From the NCBI GenBank assembly GCA_000182565.2, contig KQ257452.1: a DNA stretch of 64,000 nucleotides; one strand, given 5' to 3'. Shown here piece by piece: positions 40,601 through 53,718 of this stretch; within the stretch, counting starts at the first letter, position 1; each line of letters starts with the position of its first letter. The notes beneath the pieces are model-generated. The model saw only the letters and a program-made list of their open reading frames with translations. It was not told the DNA's origin and made no database searches. Position numbers and translations under genes: made by a program. Source of the DNA: Spizellomyces punctatus DAOM BR117 (lineage: Eukaryota).

Positions 40601-43600
40601 TAGAACTTGATCGATATGAGATCAATCACAAGTTCGCCTTAGAGCAACTGAAATGTGATGAGAACGACACCGAGGCAACGACATGTGCTGAAACTTCGAA
40701 TGAGAGCATCTCACCGTTCCTTAGAACGACTTGCAACAGTTCGCTGGAAAACACGCAAAAAAGGATAGACGTACTCTTGAGAAATGAGAATTCATCGTTG
40801 GCTGCAGAAGAGAGGCTTGCAAATTCAAATGTTCAAGGGCCACCCGCCCATGAAAGCCAAGGTAGAATTGATATGCCTTGAGTATACTCTCTATATCACA
40901 TATGCTCATGTATGGAACAGACAGGATGCGAAACGTGATATATAACCCGTTCCAAGCCGGAGGTCAGGATGATGTGGCTTCCTCTCCGGTGATTGACGCG
41001 GAGAGTCCCAGACCCTTTCCAGCAATAAATACTAGCGCCAGCCGCGCAAGCCTCACAATTGATGAGGCGGATATCGTCGATACCAGTGATCATGGAGAGT
41101 TTTTCCAGAGCTTGGTGGAGGCTCATGCTGTAGCTGAACAAGGGGAACTGGCCATCACTGATACAGACGATATTGGCATACAACAGTCGAAAGGAAAATC
41201 CCCAGAGGTCTTACCTGCATGCCATGACATCTCTGCCCAAACGGTTGTGATAAGGAGTGAGCTGGCTGAAATGAAACCGTCCCAGGAGAATCATATAAGG
41301 TGAGTCTGGTATGAGTGCTATCATAATCGTCCGCAGAAATCTGAAGATAGCTGGTGAAGGGAAGCCGACAGAATCGCAGTTGAGCGAAATCTGTGTCATA
41401 TGGACGGAATGCAAACAAATGCGCATGGCTACCAAGAGCAGCGGATCGTCGAAGTCGAGCGTCACCAGAAACGCACTCCCTGCGAAGAGACTAACAAGAT
41501 TGATCACGGCATGATACCCGAACCTTCTCAATACAGTTGGAGAGACGATTATCCTGATTTCGAATTTGATCAGCCTATCCCTGAGGCTGTGCATCATGCG
41601 AAGCAGTTCAATAAGCATAGTTCGGAGGGCGGTCGTGCCACTCCCCCAGAAAACCCGGAGGGGACGGTTCGGAATGTAAATCCGACTGACGGCACATCGG
41701 AACTTCACATCACAGTGGATTCGAAGGTCCCACTTGAGTCTCAGGAGTATGATTTTGAAGAACCCGAGATTACTCCCAGTCTTCTACAAGTCCTAGACCA
41801 GGAGATATCACATTATGAGACTGCAAATCCTCCATGCATTCAGTCGTCAGTCCTGCCCGATACTTCTAAGCAAGGCGAAATGACCAGATTTCAAACGGCG
41901 TCAGGGAAGGCGGTCATCATCGCCCCAGAAGTTATGGAGGCATCTCGAAGATTGGTGGCAGAGGAAGACGACCAAAACAATGCTGGGCGTCTCAGACAGC
42001 CTAATCCAGACATGCTCCGTTATGGTAAACGTAGCTCAGGGAACGACTATTCACTCACGCCAAAATCCCTAGTGGATCTACAGCTGGATGCGATGTTACG
42101 CAAATCCCACTTGGGTCGTGCCTCATTTCACGGTCACTCATCTGGCCGAATCTCAGTCGCCAATCCTGGAAAATCTGCCCCAACCAACGATGGCGGGGTC
42201 CCTCACAATCCCCGTGGCACTCCCGATGAGAGTACATATGACGCGGGAGAAGATATGCAACTCAACCCCGAAATCAATCAAAACAATGCCGCGTCTATTC
42301 TTCACGAGGCCGCCTTTGACACATCTCATCTAAACATGAGACATAACCCAGGTCAGTCCATAGACATGATTACGGATGCTCCAGGCCACCTGCGGTCACT
42401 TCGCCAGGATCCCTTAGTATACAGAGGATTTAACATGAGCGACCAACATATGTCTCCATCGGCCGTCTTGACCATATCAAATGACATGATAAAGGAGAGA
42501 TTGGAAGTGGAGCCACCTACAAAGTGCATCATCACTGAGCGAGCACCAAGGTCGTCGTCAAATTCGATTAATACGGTGGACCTAACGAAGATCCGTGAGG
42601 GCGGCGACGGTATCGATCGAATCTCGGCAGATGACAGTCTGATCGACCATCACCCATCTCCGTCGTTGGTACATGACTCCACACCTTTGAACGAGTTTGA
42701 TCAGATATCCTCAGGATTGGCGCCGGAGAAAGGCTTGAGTATCGGTGACAACTTTGTCGAGTTCGCAGGTTTCAAGGCAGCCTCAGGGAAAGTTCTACCG
42801 AACGTTTCCAAGGAGGCAGTTGCGCGTGCGAAGCGGATATTGTCAACCGAGGAGCGCCAACCAAGGTCAACAGAAACTGTCAACGCTATGCAATCAGAAG
42901 ACTTGATGGGATGCAGCTTCGAGACGTGCTTACCACATGTATCCCAAGCGGCACACGATCGCGCGAAACAACTACTATCAAACGGCGACGCTTCACTAGG
43001 TACCTCTGCCCCTGAAAATCCGTTAATAGATGATAAACCACAAGTAAAAAATCATGGCGGTTTTACTACGGGTTCGGGGCAGAGTTTACCAATAATTTCA
43101 AAGGCATCAATTGACCGGGCAAGACGATTCCTATCCGAGAATGCGTTCAAAGAAGAAGGTCCCAGGATTTCAACCGGACTTATAGTGGACAAGCCTGCTA
43201 CTATGGGCTTTCCAGGTTTCATGTCGGGCGCTGGCAAGACTTTACCCAAGATTTCTAGGGCTGCCATGGATCGGGCTAATTGCATCTTGTCGAATGACGT
43301 AGGAATCCCCCCATTCAAAGACGACGAGGTCGGTGACCACGGCAATACCGCTGGCAATTGTGTGTCTCCTATGACGAATTCCGCTTCGTGCAAAGCGACT
43401 CGACAACCGGAGTGTCCCTCTCATCTGGGAGCAGGTGAAAGAGATGACTTGACCGACATGTCGTATGAAGGAGGCTTCGGTTCTTTTAAAACCGGAGGTG
43501 GAAAGGAACTTCCTGCTTTGTCGAAGGCGGCTCTCGAAAAGGCGCATTTATTATGGCAACAGGACGAGTCTTCAATAAATACGCTGGAGCTCCCTGTCCA

Positions 43601-46600
43601 GCAGAAAGAGAAGCCATTAATTGACGACGTGCATCAGCCGGTTGTGTCACCGAGTACGAATCAAGTGGAAGTCAAAGGTTCACCTCCAAGTGGAGCTTTC
43701 GTGGGATTTGCCACGGGACGAGGAAAAGCATTGCGGCCGGTGTCAGGGAGTGCGCTGAAGAAGGCGATGTCACTTCTGGAGCATGAGAAGCATCCAACGC
43801 CATTTGACGAGCCCGCAAGTACGATAACAGGAGGTTTTACTTCTGGGGGCGGAAAATCACTGCCTCCCGTGTCAGCAGCGGCCCTCAAAAAGGCGGGTGC
43901 ATTATTGGGTGATGATACAGATATGAGTTCACGAAGCACATATCCGGAATCGAGGGGCGGTGGTTTTGGAGGCTTCACTTCTGGTAGAGGAAAGGCATTG
44001 CCATCTGTATCAAGTGACTCTCTGGCCAAGGCAAGAGCGCTATGGGTCGATAATGATGCATTGCCGTCTGATTCACACGCAACACGTGGAAGCGTTACCC
44101 CTGGGAGTGGTAGTGGGAAGGAATTGCGAAGGAGCGCAAGTAGTGTTTTGGAAACGGTCACTGGTCTTTGGGAGGGCGAAGCAAAGGCGGATTCGGTGGG
44201 TGCACTAACCTCTGCTAAATTGCCCTCAGGGATGTCAATTGCAGAGCACACGCCGGAAGCCAGCATTTCCAAGGTTAATACTACCCCAAACGCACGGGTA
44301 TCTCACACTGGGCGTGACGGGGCGGCCTCAGAAGCTGGTCAACAATCTGAAGCTCAACGTCATGACGTACGCAATGGTGTCACCTCAAGGTCGGAAAGGA
44401 AACCGGAGCGGACGCCAATGAAGCAAGGACCAGCTCCACAGCGGTTAGCTAACACTACTCCTGGCGGTGGATTCGCAAAAGTATTTCGTATGCCAGGGTT
44501 ACGAGGTCCTAGTACTCCAACCACACCCACTCCAACTGGATTCAAGCGCCAGAAAGGCTTCACGAGCCCTTTCGGCACCGCTGCGAATTTGAAAACCCCC
44601 AAAAGAAAAACTCTGCATCCAGCTGCGAGAATTAGATCAACCGAGAATTCTCCTTCGTCTAGCCACGGACCATTGCGACCTGTCGAAACGCCGATTGCTG
44701 AGAAAGCGCAACCGTTAGAGCTTTTCAGCCTCTCAAGTATGAATCGAGAAGTATTCCATTATGTCGAAACATCAGAACTCACATCTTTGTGTAGCAGTGG
44801 AAGATCGTAAGACGTTGAGGGAAACGTTCAATTCTGAATGGCGAACCCAAACCGTCGATCAACTGCGGGATCTGGGAATGTATGTTATTTGGTTTCTGAC
44901 TCTGGTGATTTTCATGGCAAATTCGAGTAACATCATATTAGCACTGAATGTATTCTGGCGATGGACCCCATAAAGGCCCAGACGTTTGAGTTCCAAATTC
45001 AGGCCAGCCCTGTGACTGACTGTGCCTGGCAGCAATGGGGTGTCAAGGAAGCCCGAGATGCACTCATCGCCGCAGGCGGACAATCCAATCTTGCCACCGA
45101 GGAATGGGTACAAAACCATTATCGGTGGATCGTATGGAAATTGGCTGCAATGGTCCGATCATGCCCGTCGCTGCTTGAAGCTTATTGGAACCCCAAGAAA
45201 GTTGTTGAGCAGATGCGCTACAGGTGCGTGTCTCTGAATCACACGGGCCATATGGGCAGGGATCCATTAAATGACACTCACACCCTCACCCTCCTCGCGG
45301 AAGATATGAACGGGAGATTAATCGCGCCCAGCGCTCCGCTGTCAAGTTAATAATCGAACGCGACAATGCACCTAGCCGTTTTCTGGTGCTGTGTGTTGCT
45401 GATGTTGCGAGACGGTTTTCAAGGAACAACGCTGCGGATCCTACCGGGCAAATTGGTAGGAGGACTTCGCTTTGAATCCTTTTAAACATGGTATTGATCG
45501 ATTAATTGATTTGTTAACGTCAGATGCAGAATCAAATAGTTGGGCATTAGAGTTGACTGATGGATGGTATCAAATCAAGGCGGCTGTTGACGCCCCTTTG
45601 GAACGCCAGATCAAAAAGGGTAACATCGCGGTTGGCAGCAAGCTGCGCATATGCGGGGCACAGGTTGGTTGACCTCGCAAGTCCAATGAAAGGTGGACAA
45701 CACTAATATTGGAACATTTTAGTTGTTAGGTCCACCTGAGCCGTGTCCCGTCCTGGAGGCCACAGATAACACCCAGTTGCGGCTGTCTGCTAATGGCACT
45801 AGACGTGCATATTGGGATGCTCGCTTAGGTTATCAGCGCGCTCCCAGCTTCACACTAGGTTTGCGTCAGGTGATGGCGGACGGTGGTCCAATTCCATGTA
45901 TCGACGTCGTCTTGTGCCGTCGATATGCTGTGCGACATTACGAGAAAGTCGAAGGCGGCAGTGGCATTGTTCGGACGGAAAAGGAAGAAGAGGAGGCTGC
46001 TAGGAACTGGCAGAATAGTTATATGCTGATGTATCAAAAGCTTGCCGCCGAATACGAAAGGGGGCTCGACAAACCCATCACGCGTCCTGCAAGCGACCGC
46101 TTTACCAAGCGGCAACGGACATCTGCAGGTGCGCTTCCCATTTACTTTCCTATTGGACTACAAACCTAATGTAAGGTTGGTCGTTGTAGTGGGTCCTTCT
46201 GAAGAGCCGGATGGAGAACAACTGTACCAGGACATGCAACTTGCAGATGATCCAATGGCGTTTGCTGCGCAGCTAGATTTTAAGCAGCAAGAAGCATTAA
46301 GGCAGTCTATGTGCGAAGCATGGGAGCGAGAGCAAGCGGAAGTCATGGAAGAGATACGTGATCGAATTGAGGTGGGCTGCCTGTGAAGCTGGACACAGCC
46401 AAGTTGGTACTTACTCGCGTTTGATAGACGGCGGCGCCGCCACGAAATGTCACCCACTTTATATCCTTCCGCGTTTGTGACTATCCTCCGAGAGATGTTT
46501 CGGTTGATAGGACCCGCGAGGCCATGCTGACTATTTGGAGTCCCGACGAAGCTCTGATGGGTCGACTACAGGAGGGGAAAAGATTTAAGGTCAATAGCGG

Positions 46601-48489
46601 GCCGTTCATGTCACCCTAAAGTTCGTCTCATTTATATCATCTGCAGATCTATAACTTAATCGTCAAAGAGAACACCCGAGATGCTCGCTGCCGTCTATAC
46701 CTGAAAGCACAACGCAACACAGTATATGTTGAGCGTCCTGTATCTCAAGATCGGCTGGATGCAACCATGTATCGCGAGCGCCGATTATTGCGATGTGGAG
46801 AACTTTATGGATGTCAACAGGACGAGGAGGTAGATCTTGTAGTCATAATCCTGGGTATGTCGCTCGTTCCAGAGACTCGCGGGACCGTATAGTTACTGAC
46901 AAACTATCAGATGTAGGAGAACTTTTTGAACATGCAGTAATGAACGGGCCAACGCGTTATTTCAGGAACCTGCTCTGTGCCGACAGATCGAACTCTGTCG
47001 TCGTGATTCAATTATACTCTAAAGCTCGGTCGGCTCTTAATTTCTTGGTGCGTTTCGTTGGTCAGGTCATGTTAGAAACTGCTCTTGGCGGAGTCCTCAT
47101 CACTCAATTCTGTAGCCGAACGATACGCTTTGCTGCCGGAACCTAGAATACATTTGCTACGACTCAGGATTTGGCCTGCATAAGCTGAAAGCTTCCAGCA
47201 ACGCGGAAATAAGGCACGCTCCTCGAGGACATCAGGAGCGTGAGGCAAAGCAAGTGCTGGAGACCTGGAGGAAGTGGTGAGTAATCTTAATCTATTATTT
47301 AATTGCTACCGATTGGCTGACTGCGATATGATCGCAGTGATGAGAAAGAGATACAACGACTGAGAGAATCGAAATGCAATGTCCTCCATCGGAATGTGAT
47401 ATATAGCGGAGCCTTCTATCAGAAGGCATATAGAGTACCCAATCCGACAGGTTTTGATACCAGCGTCATGAAGATATCAAAGCCTATGCCCCCACCTCAG
47501 TCTTACCACCTCGTGGAGGCCACGGGCAATGGTGCCGCACATTGTGTCGAATCTGGCAGTACTAGCCCCGCAGAGCAAACTGTGTTTGTCAATGGAAATG
47601 TTCTGCCTTTTGTCCGGATAGGCGTTCAGTTGCAGAGGGACAAGTATGGGACAACCAGGACGATACTAGCCCTGAGCGATGAGCCACAAATCGTAAAGGA
47701 AGTAGAGGCAGCGAAAGTCGTACGGGACGCAATGCGTGATAGCACATTGGCAACTGGCATGGGATCCGTTCTCCTGCACATCGACGACAGCTCGTGTGTC
47801 CGTATCTGTGTCCTGCCATCGAAGTTATTCGTGAAGCTTGTCCAATTGGTTACTCAGGCACAGGGAGAAAGTGAGAAATCGCTTTTTCTGGATCTGCTCC
47901 ATGCTACACCTGCTGAACTGCAGCAAATGCCTTGGGGAAATGTACTCATGCATCGCTTGAGGGCAGCGCGACTACGAGCAGCGGAATCTCAAGGCCACGA
48001 TACTAGTGGAACAGAACCAGTATCTCTGCTCCTCCGTTTACTGTCATCCGCGACTGTATTGGCGGAAGCCGACTTCCGGAGTCGATTCCAGCAATGGTGC
48101 CCAAATATGCAGCCCGATGTACAAGAGTTTATAAATCCCGAACTTGTCTTGGCATCAACCCTCGATGCGTTCGTGGAAGAGAGTCTTTACGGAAATGCAT
48201 TGCGCGAAACGCAGAGCGCTCGACAAGTCAATATGATTTTCCATTCCAAGGAGTGGGAAAGCGTTGCAAACAAATTATCCGCGATGCTATCTGGTCCTAT
48301 TTTGCGGGTTTGTGAAGTTTTCATCTGCACACTATGAACCTCTCGGCCAAATAGCTGATGACATCCTGATTTTTGTAGTTCGCCCTCAGTCGGACGGCAT
48401 TGGCCATGCCGGAATATGCGGTTACAGATGTAGAGCTTGAGACTGACTCATATGAGAGAGCCAGATTTCTCATCGATATGCTCTCCTGA
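37641..48489 (+). CDS. BRCA2: BRCA2/Brh2 homologue: long disordered N-terminus, BRC repeats, helical domain and OB folds; multi-exon
   Basis: BRC-like repeats 41889-44045. DNA-binding domain motifs WVQNHYRWIVWKLA, YEREINRAQRSAVK.I.ERD, LELTDGWY, LSANGTRRAYWDARLGY. Phase-compatible introns 37749-37814, 38587-38644, 40862-40920 and 41300-41371 join the upstream ORFs; the 5' part is less certain. Confidence 0.85.
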
Positions 48490-49041
48490 GTGCGTCAGAC
48501 TAATTATCATGTAAATAGTATCTTGTACATAGTCAGACAGACTACAAAATGGCTTCTGATCGTTCAATTGGCGATGCACCACTCCAACATCGGGGGCAAC
48601 GGAAAATGGCTGATGATGCTGCGAGATTCAACATAACAAACATTTTTTACAGAATGTTTAAGTTTTAGACTTTTCTGAACGATCGCTTGAATGATCGCGT
48701 GGTATTGGGAAAGGGAAGCAGCGCGTCATGAGGGACGGAAGAGTGATTTCATCGGGTGGGGCATTAAATTGGAGGGACCCACCGTCTTCGATGAGGTTTT
48801 GGGGACCACACATCCACTCTTTCGCCTCGACATTCTTATGTTAAACTTGACACAAATGACGTTCGCTTTACTTTATAAAGCTGCATATGAAAATAAATAC
48901 CAACAGGCCCATCTTTTGTTCAAACTATTCCATCATTTTTGGTCGTGAAAATAGCCTGCCATCCAAAATACATCAAACGATACCGACACTGATCGAACCT
49001 TCTCCCAAACGCTTTGATATCTAGTTGTTTCATCTCCCAAC

Positions 49042-50008
49042 ATGCCAGAACCCATTCCTGCTGCCGGCTATCCATTCGCGGGCATGCTTTATACAGTGAC
49101 CAACTTTAAAGATTTGGCAGCACCAGTCGGAAAATCACTCTCAGTTGTGCTCGGAATATCGATTGCTACCATAGTGTAAGTCCTCGTGTCTCGTTTGAAG
49201 GAAACCGAGATCTTCGCACCGCTCATCATCATCCGCGTGCAGGCCTCTCCTGTTCATGACATTCAATCAGCAGTCGAAGCTAGTTGCCCGATTCCTTCGC
49301 TCCATCGACCCGCGCCTTGGAGCTCTTTCCGTTCTCGGCGTACGGTTAGCAACATGGATAGCTCTGCTGTTATGCATGGGGGAAGCTTCACTTGCAGTTT
49401 GGGTTGTCCTCGGAAACCGTTTGGAAGCAACACGAGCAGGTCTCTTTGACGAAGTGCTACTTCGACATGCACACGTCGACATTGGGCCGTTTGTGGAGGA
49501 CCCTGCACATACATTGCCTGCTCACCAAGAAAACAAACAGCAGAAAACGCTGCGCGATTTAGCTCAACTGGCGACGCATCGCTCTAATGTCACCGACATT
49601 GTTCGCCGTCCGGCGCGTGCTGCAGTCGGTTTCGCACTTGAATTCGTGCCAGTAGTTGGACCGCTCGCATATGCTTACCTTGAAGGCGAACGAACAGCAA
49701 TTGAAGCTCACCACCGGTTGTTCAAACTTAAAAATATGTCCCCTGATGAACGTGCCAAATGGATATTGGCCAGGAGGAATGATTATTCGCAATTTGGGTT
49801 CGTGGCAGCAGCATTAGAGACCGTGCCTTTATTAGGCAGTATTACAAAGTTCACCAATGCTGTCGGCGCTGCGTTGTGGGCTGCGGATATGGAACGGCGA
49901 CAGGCGACAGTGCGGGCCTCAGCAGGCATCGGTGGTGAGCGTCATGGGAAGAAAACAGGGAAAGCGATTCCTGGGAGAGCGGGCAATAAGAAGCCGTTCA
50001 CCCAGTAA
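49042..50008 (+). CDS. EI24-domain membrane protein (RRT8/LDS-like), 2 exons
   Basis: YPFAG at the N-terminus; FDEVL; LEFVPVVGP...HHRLFKLK; YSQFGFVAAALETVP...FTNAVGAALWAADME. Confidence 0.75.
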
Positions 50009-50509
50009 TAGCCTTGTCATTTCGAAGCTGATAACCACTGTGCGCATACCTTTGTTGAGTTGTAATAAGTGTAGATGTGTTGTGTCCGTCAAATCGTCAA
50101 TATCAAAGGTTCAGCAAACGTTCAGCTTTGCAAATCTCTTTGACATTGTCGTAAGTCTGTCAGCATTGCCGACGACTGGTGGACTGTTTCATGAGTGTGA
50201 AAATGCATGGCTACAGTGCCCTACTGCAGGCAAACAAGATTCGCAATGTAATTTGTTATAAACAGCCATTGGCAATTTGCAAGTTTCTACTAATTCTACA
50301 CTGCACCAGTTACTGCAAGCCGCCACTTGCAAGTGCATGTGTATGCGTATGTAATGCCCAGCATCATTGCCATTGGCACCGTGACGCCATCACGTCCAAC
50401 GCCAGCGGGTAGGACCGCGATCCCACATCATCAGTGAACCTTGTGCAGCGGCTACAAGTGGGAGATTGGCGCACTTCGGACGGGCGCAACCCGCATGCAC
50501 TGGAAACCA

Positions 50510-51506
50510 ATGAGCCTCGTCGATTACCCAACAACTTCGGACTCTGAAGACGATTCCGCAGAAGATGGCCTCATAGAAAAGAAAAGGCAAAGAAGCGACT
50601 CAACGTCCCGCACCCCATTAACGGAACCTGAAAAGAAACAAAGACGGGGGGAAAGTATGCGAAGCAATGTCGACGAGGAAATGTCCCGAATTCGACAGGC
50701 GCCTTTTGTAGAAGGAAACTGGCCGACATATGTTTACTGTTCATGTGAGCCAAAGGTTGAGAGTGTCATTGTGTCGGACTGCTGCTTACTGTACAGCAAC
50801 AGTCCGCCCTTCTGTGAATCTCCTCGATCTCATTGGGCGTATCAATCAGCGAGCAAGCGCAATGGTGCCGACGACACAGTTCGTCGAGTTTTTGGAAGGT
50901 GGTCTTCATATTAGCCTGTCTCGAACGGTCTTTCTCAAGGTCTTTCAAATCGATCGATTTGTGAACGTACTGACGAGAAAGCTAACGGGACGCCGGAGGT
51001 GAGTACAAGTCTCTCTTTTGCAAGAGTGCGTTTTCTGTCAGCTCACTTTGATTTGCAGGTTTTCAACTGGCTTCACCAATATCACTAATTATACCAATGA
51101 CGATGGAAGTCGGTCTTTTCTTGGCATTGATGTTGGACATGGACAAGATGAGGTGAGCAACGCCAATAAGATTAAATCCGTCCTGGCCTGACCTTTTTTG
51201 CAGCTAGCGTCTCTTGTCAAGGATGTGAATAGTGTGATTGCACAATTTCGCCAAGATACATTTTATGATGTGGGTGACAGAATCCTTCGCAGTCATGTGC
51301 AGGCTTCTTTTGTCTCATGCTTAAGTTTCCAAAAGAATCCGTCTTTCCATGCGTCCATTGCATGGACATTTGGCACAGCCCTCAACGGTTCTGTGGTAAA
51401 TAGCATGCAGGACCTGGACGCTGAACTAAGACACTTTCAATTTCCGATAGATGCTGTCACTTGTCGGATAGGCAATAAGTTATACAGTTTCCCTTTGGAA
51501 GGATGA
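50510..51506 (+). CDS. USB1: U6 snRNA phosphodiesterase (2H family), multi-exon
   Basis: MSLVDY; R..PFVEGNWPTYVY; two HxS motifs LHISLSR and FHASIAW; YTNDDGSRSF; CRIGNK. Confidence 0.9.
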
Positions 51507-51882
51507 TTTGCCAGGGTCATTGTTCATCGCCCGTATGTTGGTGACCGACGTTACGTAACTTCTGATTTACGTTCTTGCATTGTTTCTATTTGCAATCAGG
51601 ATCGTCATTGTTCTATTTGCAATCCGGACAAGTCTGGAGCAACCATAACTTTAAAAGATTTGTAATAGCTTGCTTTTGTTTACAATAAGATGGGCTTCCT
51701 ACACCCTTGCGGCGCTGATCGCAGGAACATGGAAACCTCCGCCCGAGATATTTGTCTCGAGCGTGGTCATATGAAGCTTTAAACCAAATACAGATACTTA
51801 AAACTTCCAGGTTAAATACTAAATGGCATCTCATTCCGTCATACTTTTTCCGTTCGCATAAGTTTCTGAATTCTCAAAATCA

Positions 51883-53718
51883 ATGTCTCGTTGTGCTTCC
51901 GTCGACTGCGTGTCAGCATCCAGCGACCCAACAAAGTCACTGGATAACAGCGGCCAACCAAGAAGTGGCAGCGTGTGGTCCTGGTCTAACGCAATTAGAG
52001 GCATAAAGCGTGGAAGATTACCTATCGTCCTGGTCCTCATTCTGTTCCTTGTTCCTGTCTCCGCCGGAGTAGCGCTTGTGGCATGGGCTCTTACGTATCA
52101 TGCTGCCTTGGTATGTCTACGACTATAGGGAATGTCTCGGTCAGATCGGCATAGAATTTTTTAAACATTTGCTCTTATAGGCGTCTGCATCAACCCTAGC
52201 AGGGTCACTCCAAGCTGGACTCCTTGCAACCATCTCGTCCGATGTGTTGGAGCGGGTACACGCCTGTGAGATATCCACCGAAGTGCATGTCCGCAATTGG
52301 GCGCACGGATCCTATAAAATGGATACATATGCTCTCAAGGAGGAGACGATCATTTTCCATATCAACACTTTACTTCCGAATGAAAACTCTTATATCTCAC
52401 AATATTATATAACATATCCAGAAGGGGAACTCTGGGGTGCGGTAATCTACAAGAATGCGGACGGTAGCAACTTCTATCAAGTAGCAAAATCTTACAGACA
52501 CAATGCGACTTGGTGGTCAATGGATCCCGCAAATATAACCAGTCAAGTTATGTATGCAAACTTTACTGCCGACTATTCGACCCTACCTTGGTTTGAAGTA
52601 CGACCACCAATGCGCTTGATAAACGTTAGCTTTCGGCTGATGTTCCTTCCGGGTATTTTAACAGGCAATCGATCAGAATACTCCCGATTCTGCTGCTTGG
52701 ATGAATGCGACAGTGCTCACAGATGGTGGCATCGCACAAGCGTGGTTGACATTCGGTCGAGCCATTCACAGTCCTACAAAGGTGTTCCTCGGCATGCAAA
52801 ATTGTGACTTGACGCTGGATTTCGTAAGTATGTCATTCAATGAAAGTACAGGGAATATTCCGTACAAAGGGTGGGTCTACGGATTTGAACTCCATCCCAC
52901 GTACGATGTGGTGGTTGGGTCTACCGCAGACGCAAATCTCTTCCACATTGCGAGCGACGGCACGCATGATCGCTTGCTATATCTGAATGAGAANNNNNNN
53001 NNNNNNNNNNNNNNNNNNNNNNNNNNNNNNNNNNNNNNNNNNNNNNNNNNNNNNNNNNNNNNNNNNNNNNNNNNNNNNNNNNNNNNNNNNNNNCATTCTA
53101 CCTGCACTTGCTTCAGGAGTCAAAATGGTTCTCTTTATCAGTATGTCGCCAATCCGCATCGTACTTCAATCCTCCTATCCTTGTCATCTGGAACTTTCGC
53201 GGTGCAAATTCAGGAATTGAGGTCGAGAAATCTCCATTGGGCTATCATTTACTTTGTCAGCAAAGACGAGATACTTGCCGGCCTGCATCAGAGTAATCGC
53301 AAAACCATCGCAACAGTTGTGGGTGTGGTCCTCGCTGGATGCTTTGTTGGAATCGTGTTTTCCTATTTCTTGTCGAAAGCCTTGCAACTGATCACTCGGG
53401 ATTTGCGTCTATTGTCGGAGTTCAAGTTCAAAGAAGTTTTACAAAAAGATTTGAGTAGAGAGTCAGGAATTCGACAACCAACGTATAGCTGGATTACGGA
53501 ACTGTAAGTGGTTATTTGCACATCGCAAACAGCTTTAAAATGACATGCTTTTTGTTTGAAGGTGGCAGATCCAATACGCGTTCCATAAAATGGTCGTGAC
53601 ATTCTCCGACGCAGTTGCTCAAAATAGACGTTTCTCGAATGAGCAGCGGAAAACTGTAATTAGCGAGATTATACGAGAAGCTAGGGTATCTGACACTAGA
53701 GGTCCCGATCGATATTAG
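51883..53718 (+). CDS. Two-TM membrane sensor-like protein (extracytoplasmic Cache/PDC-like region plus HAMP-like linker, no output domain); spans the assembly gap
   Basis: TM1 LPIVLVLILFLVPVSAGVALVAW; extracellular region with several N-x-S/T sites; WAIIYFVSKDEIL; TM2 IATVVGVVLAGCFVGIVFSYFL; HAMP-like SKALQLITRDLRLLSEFKF...SWITEL|WQIQYAFHKM; TAG at 53716-53718. Confidence 0.65.
52994..53093. other. Assembly gap (100 N)
   Basis: Run of exactly 100 N, the usual placeholder for a gap of unknown size. Confidence 0.99.
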
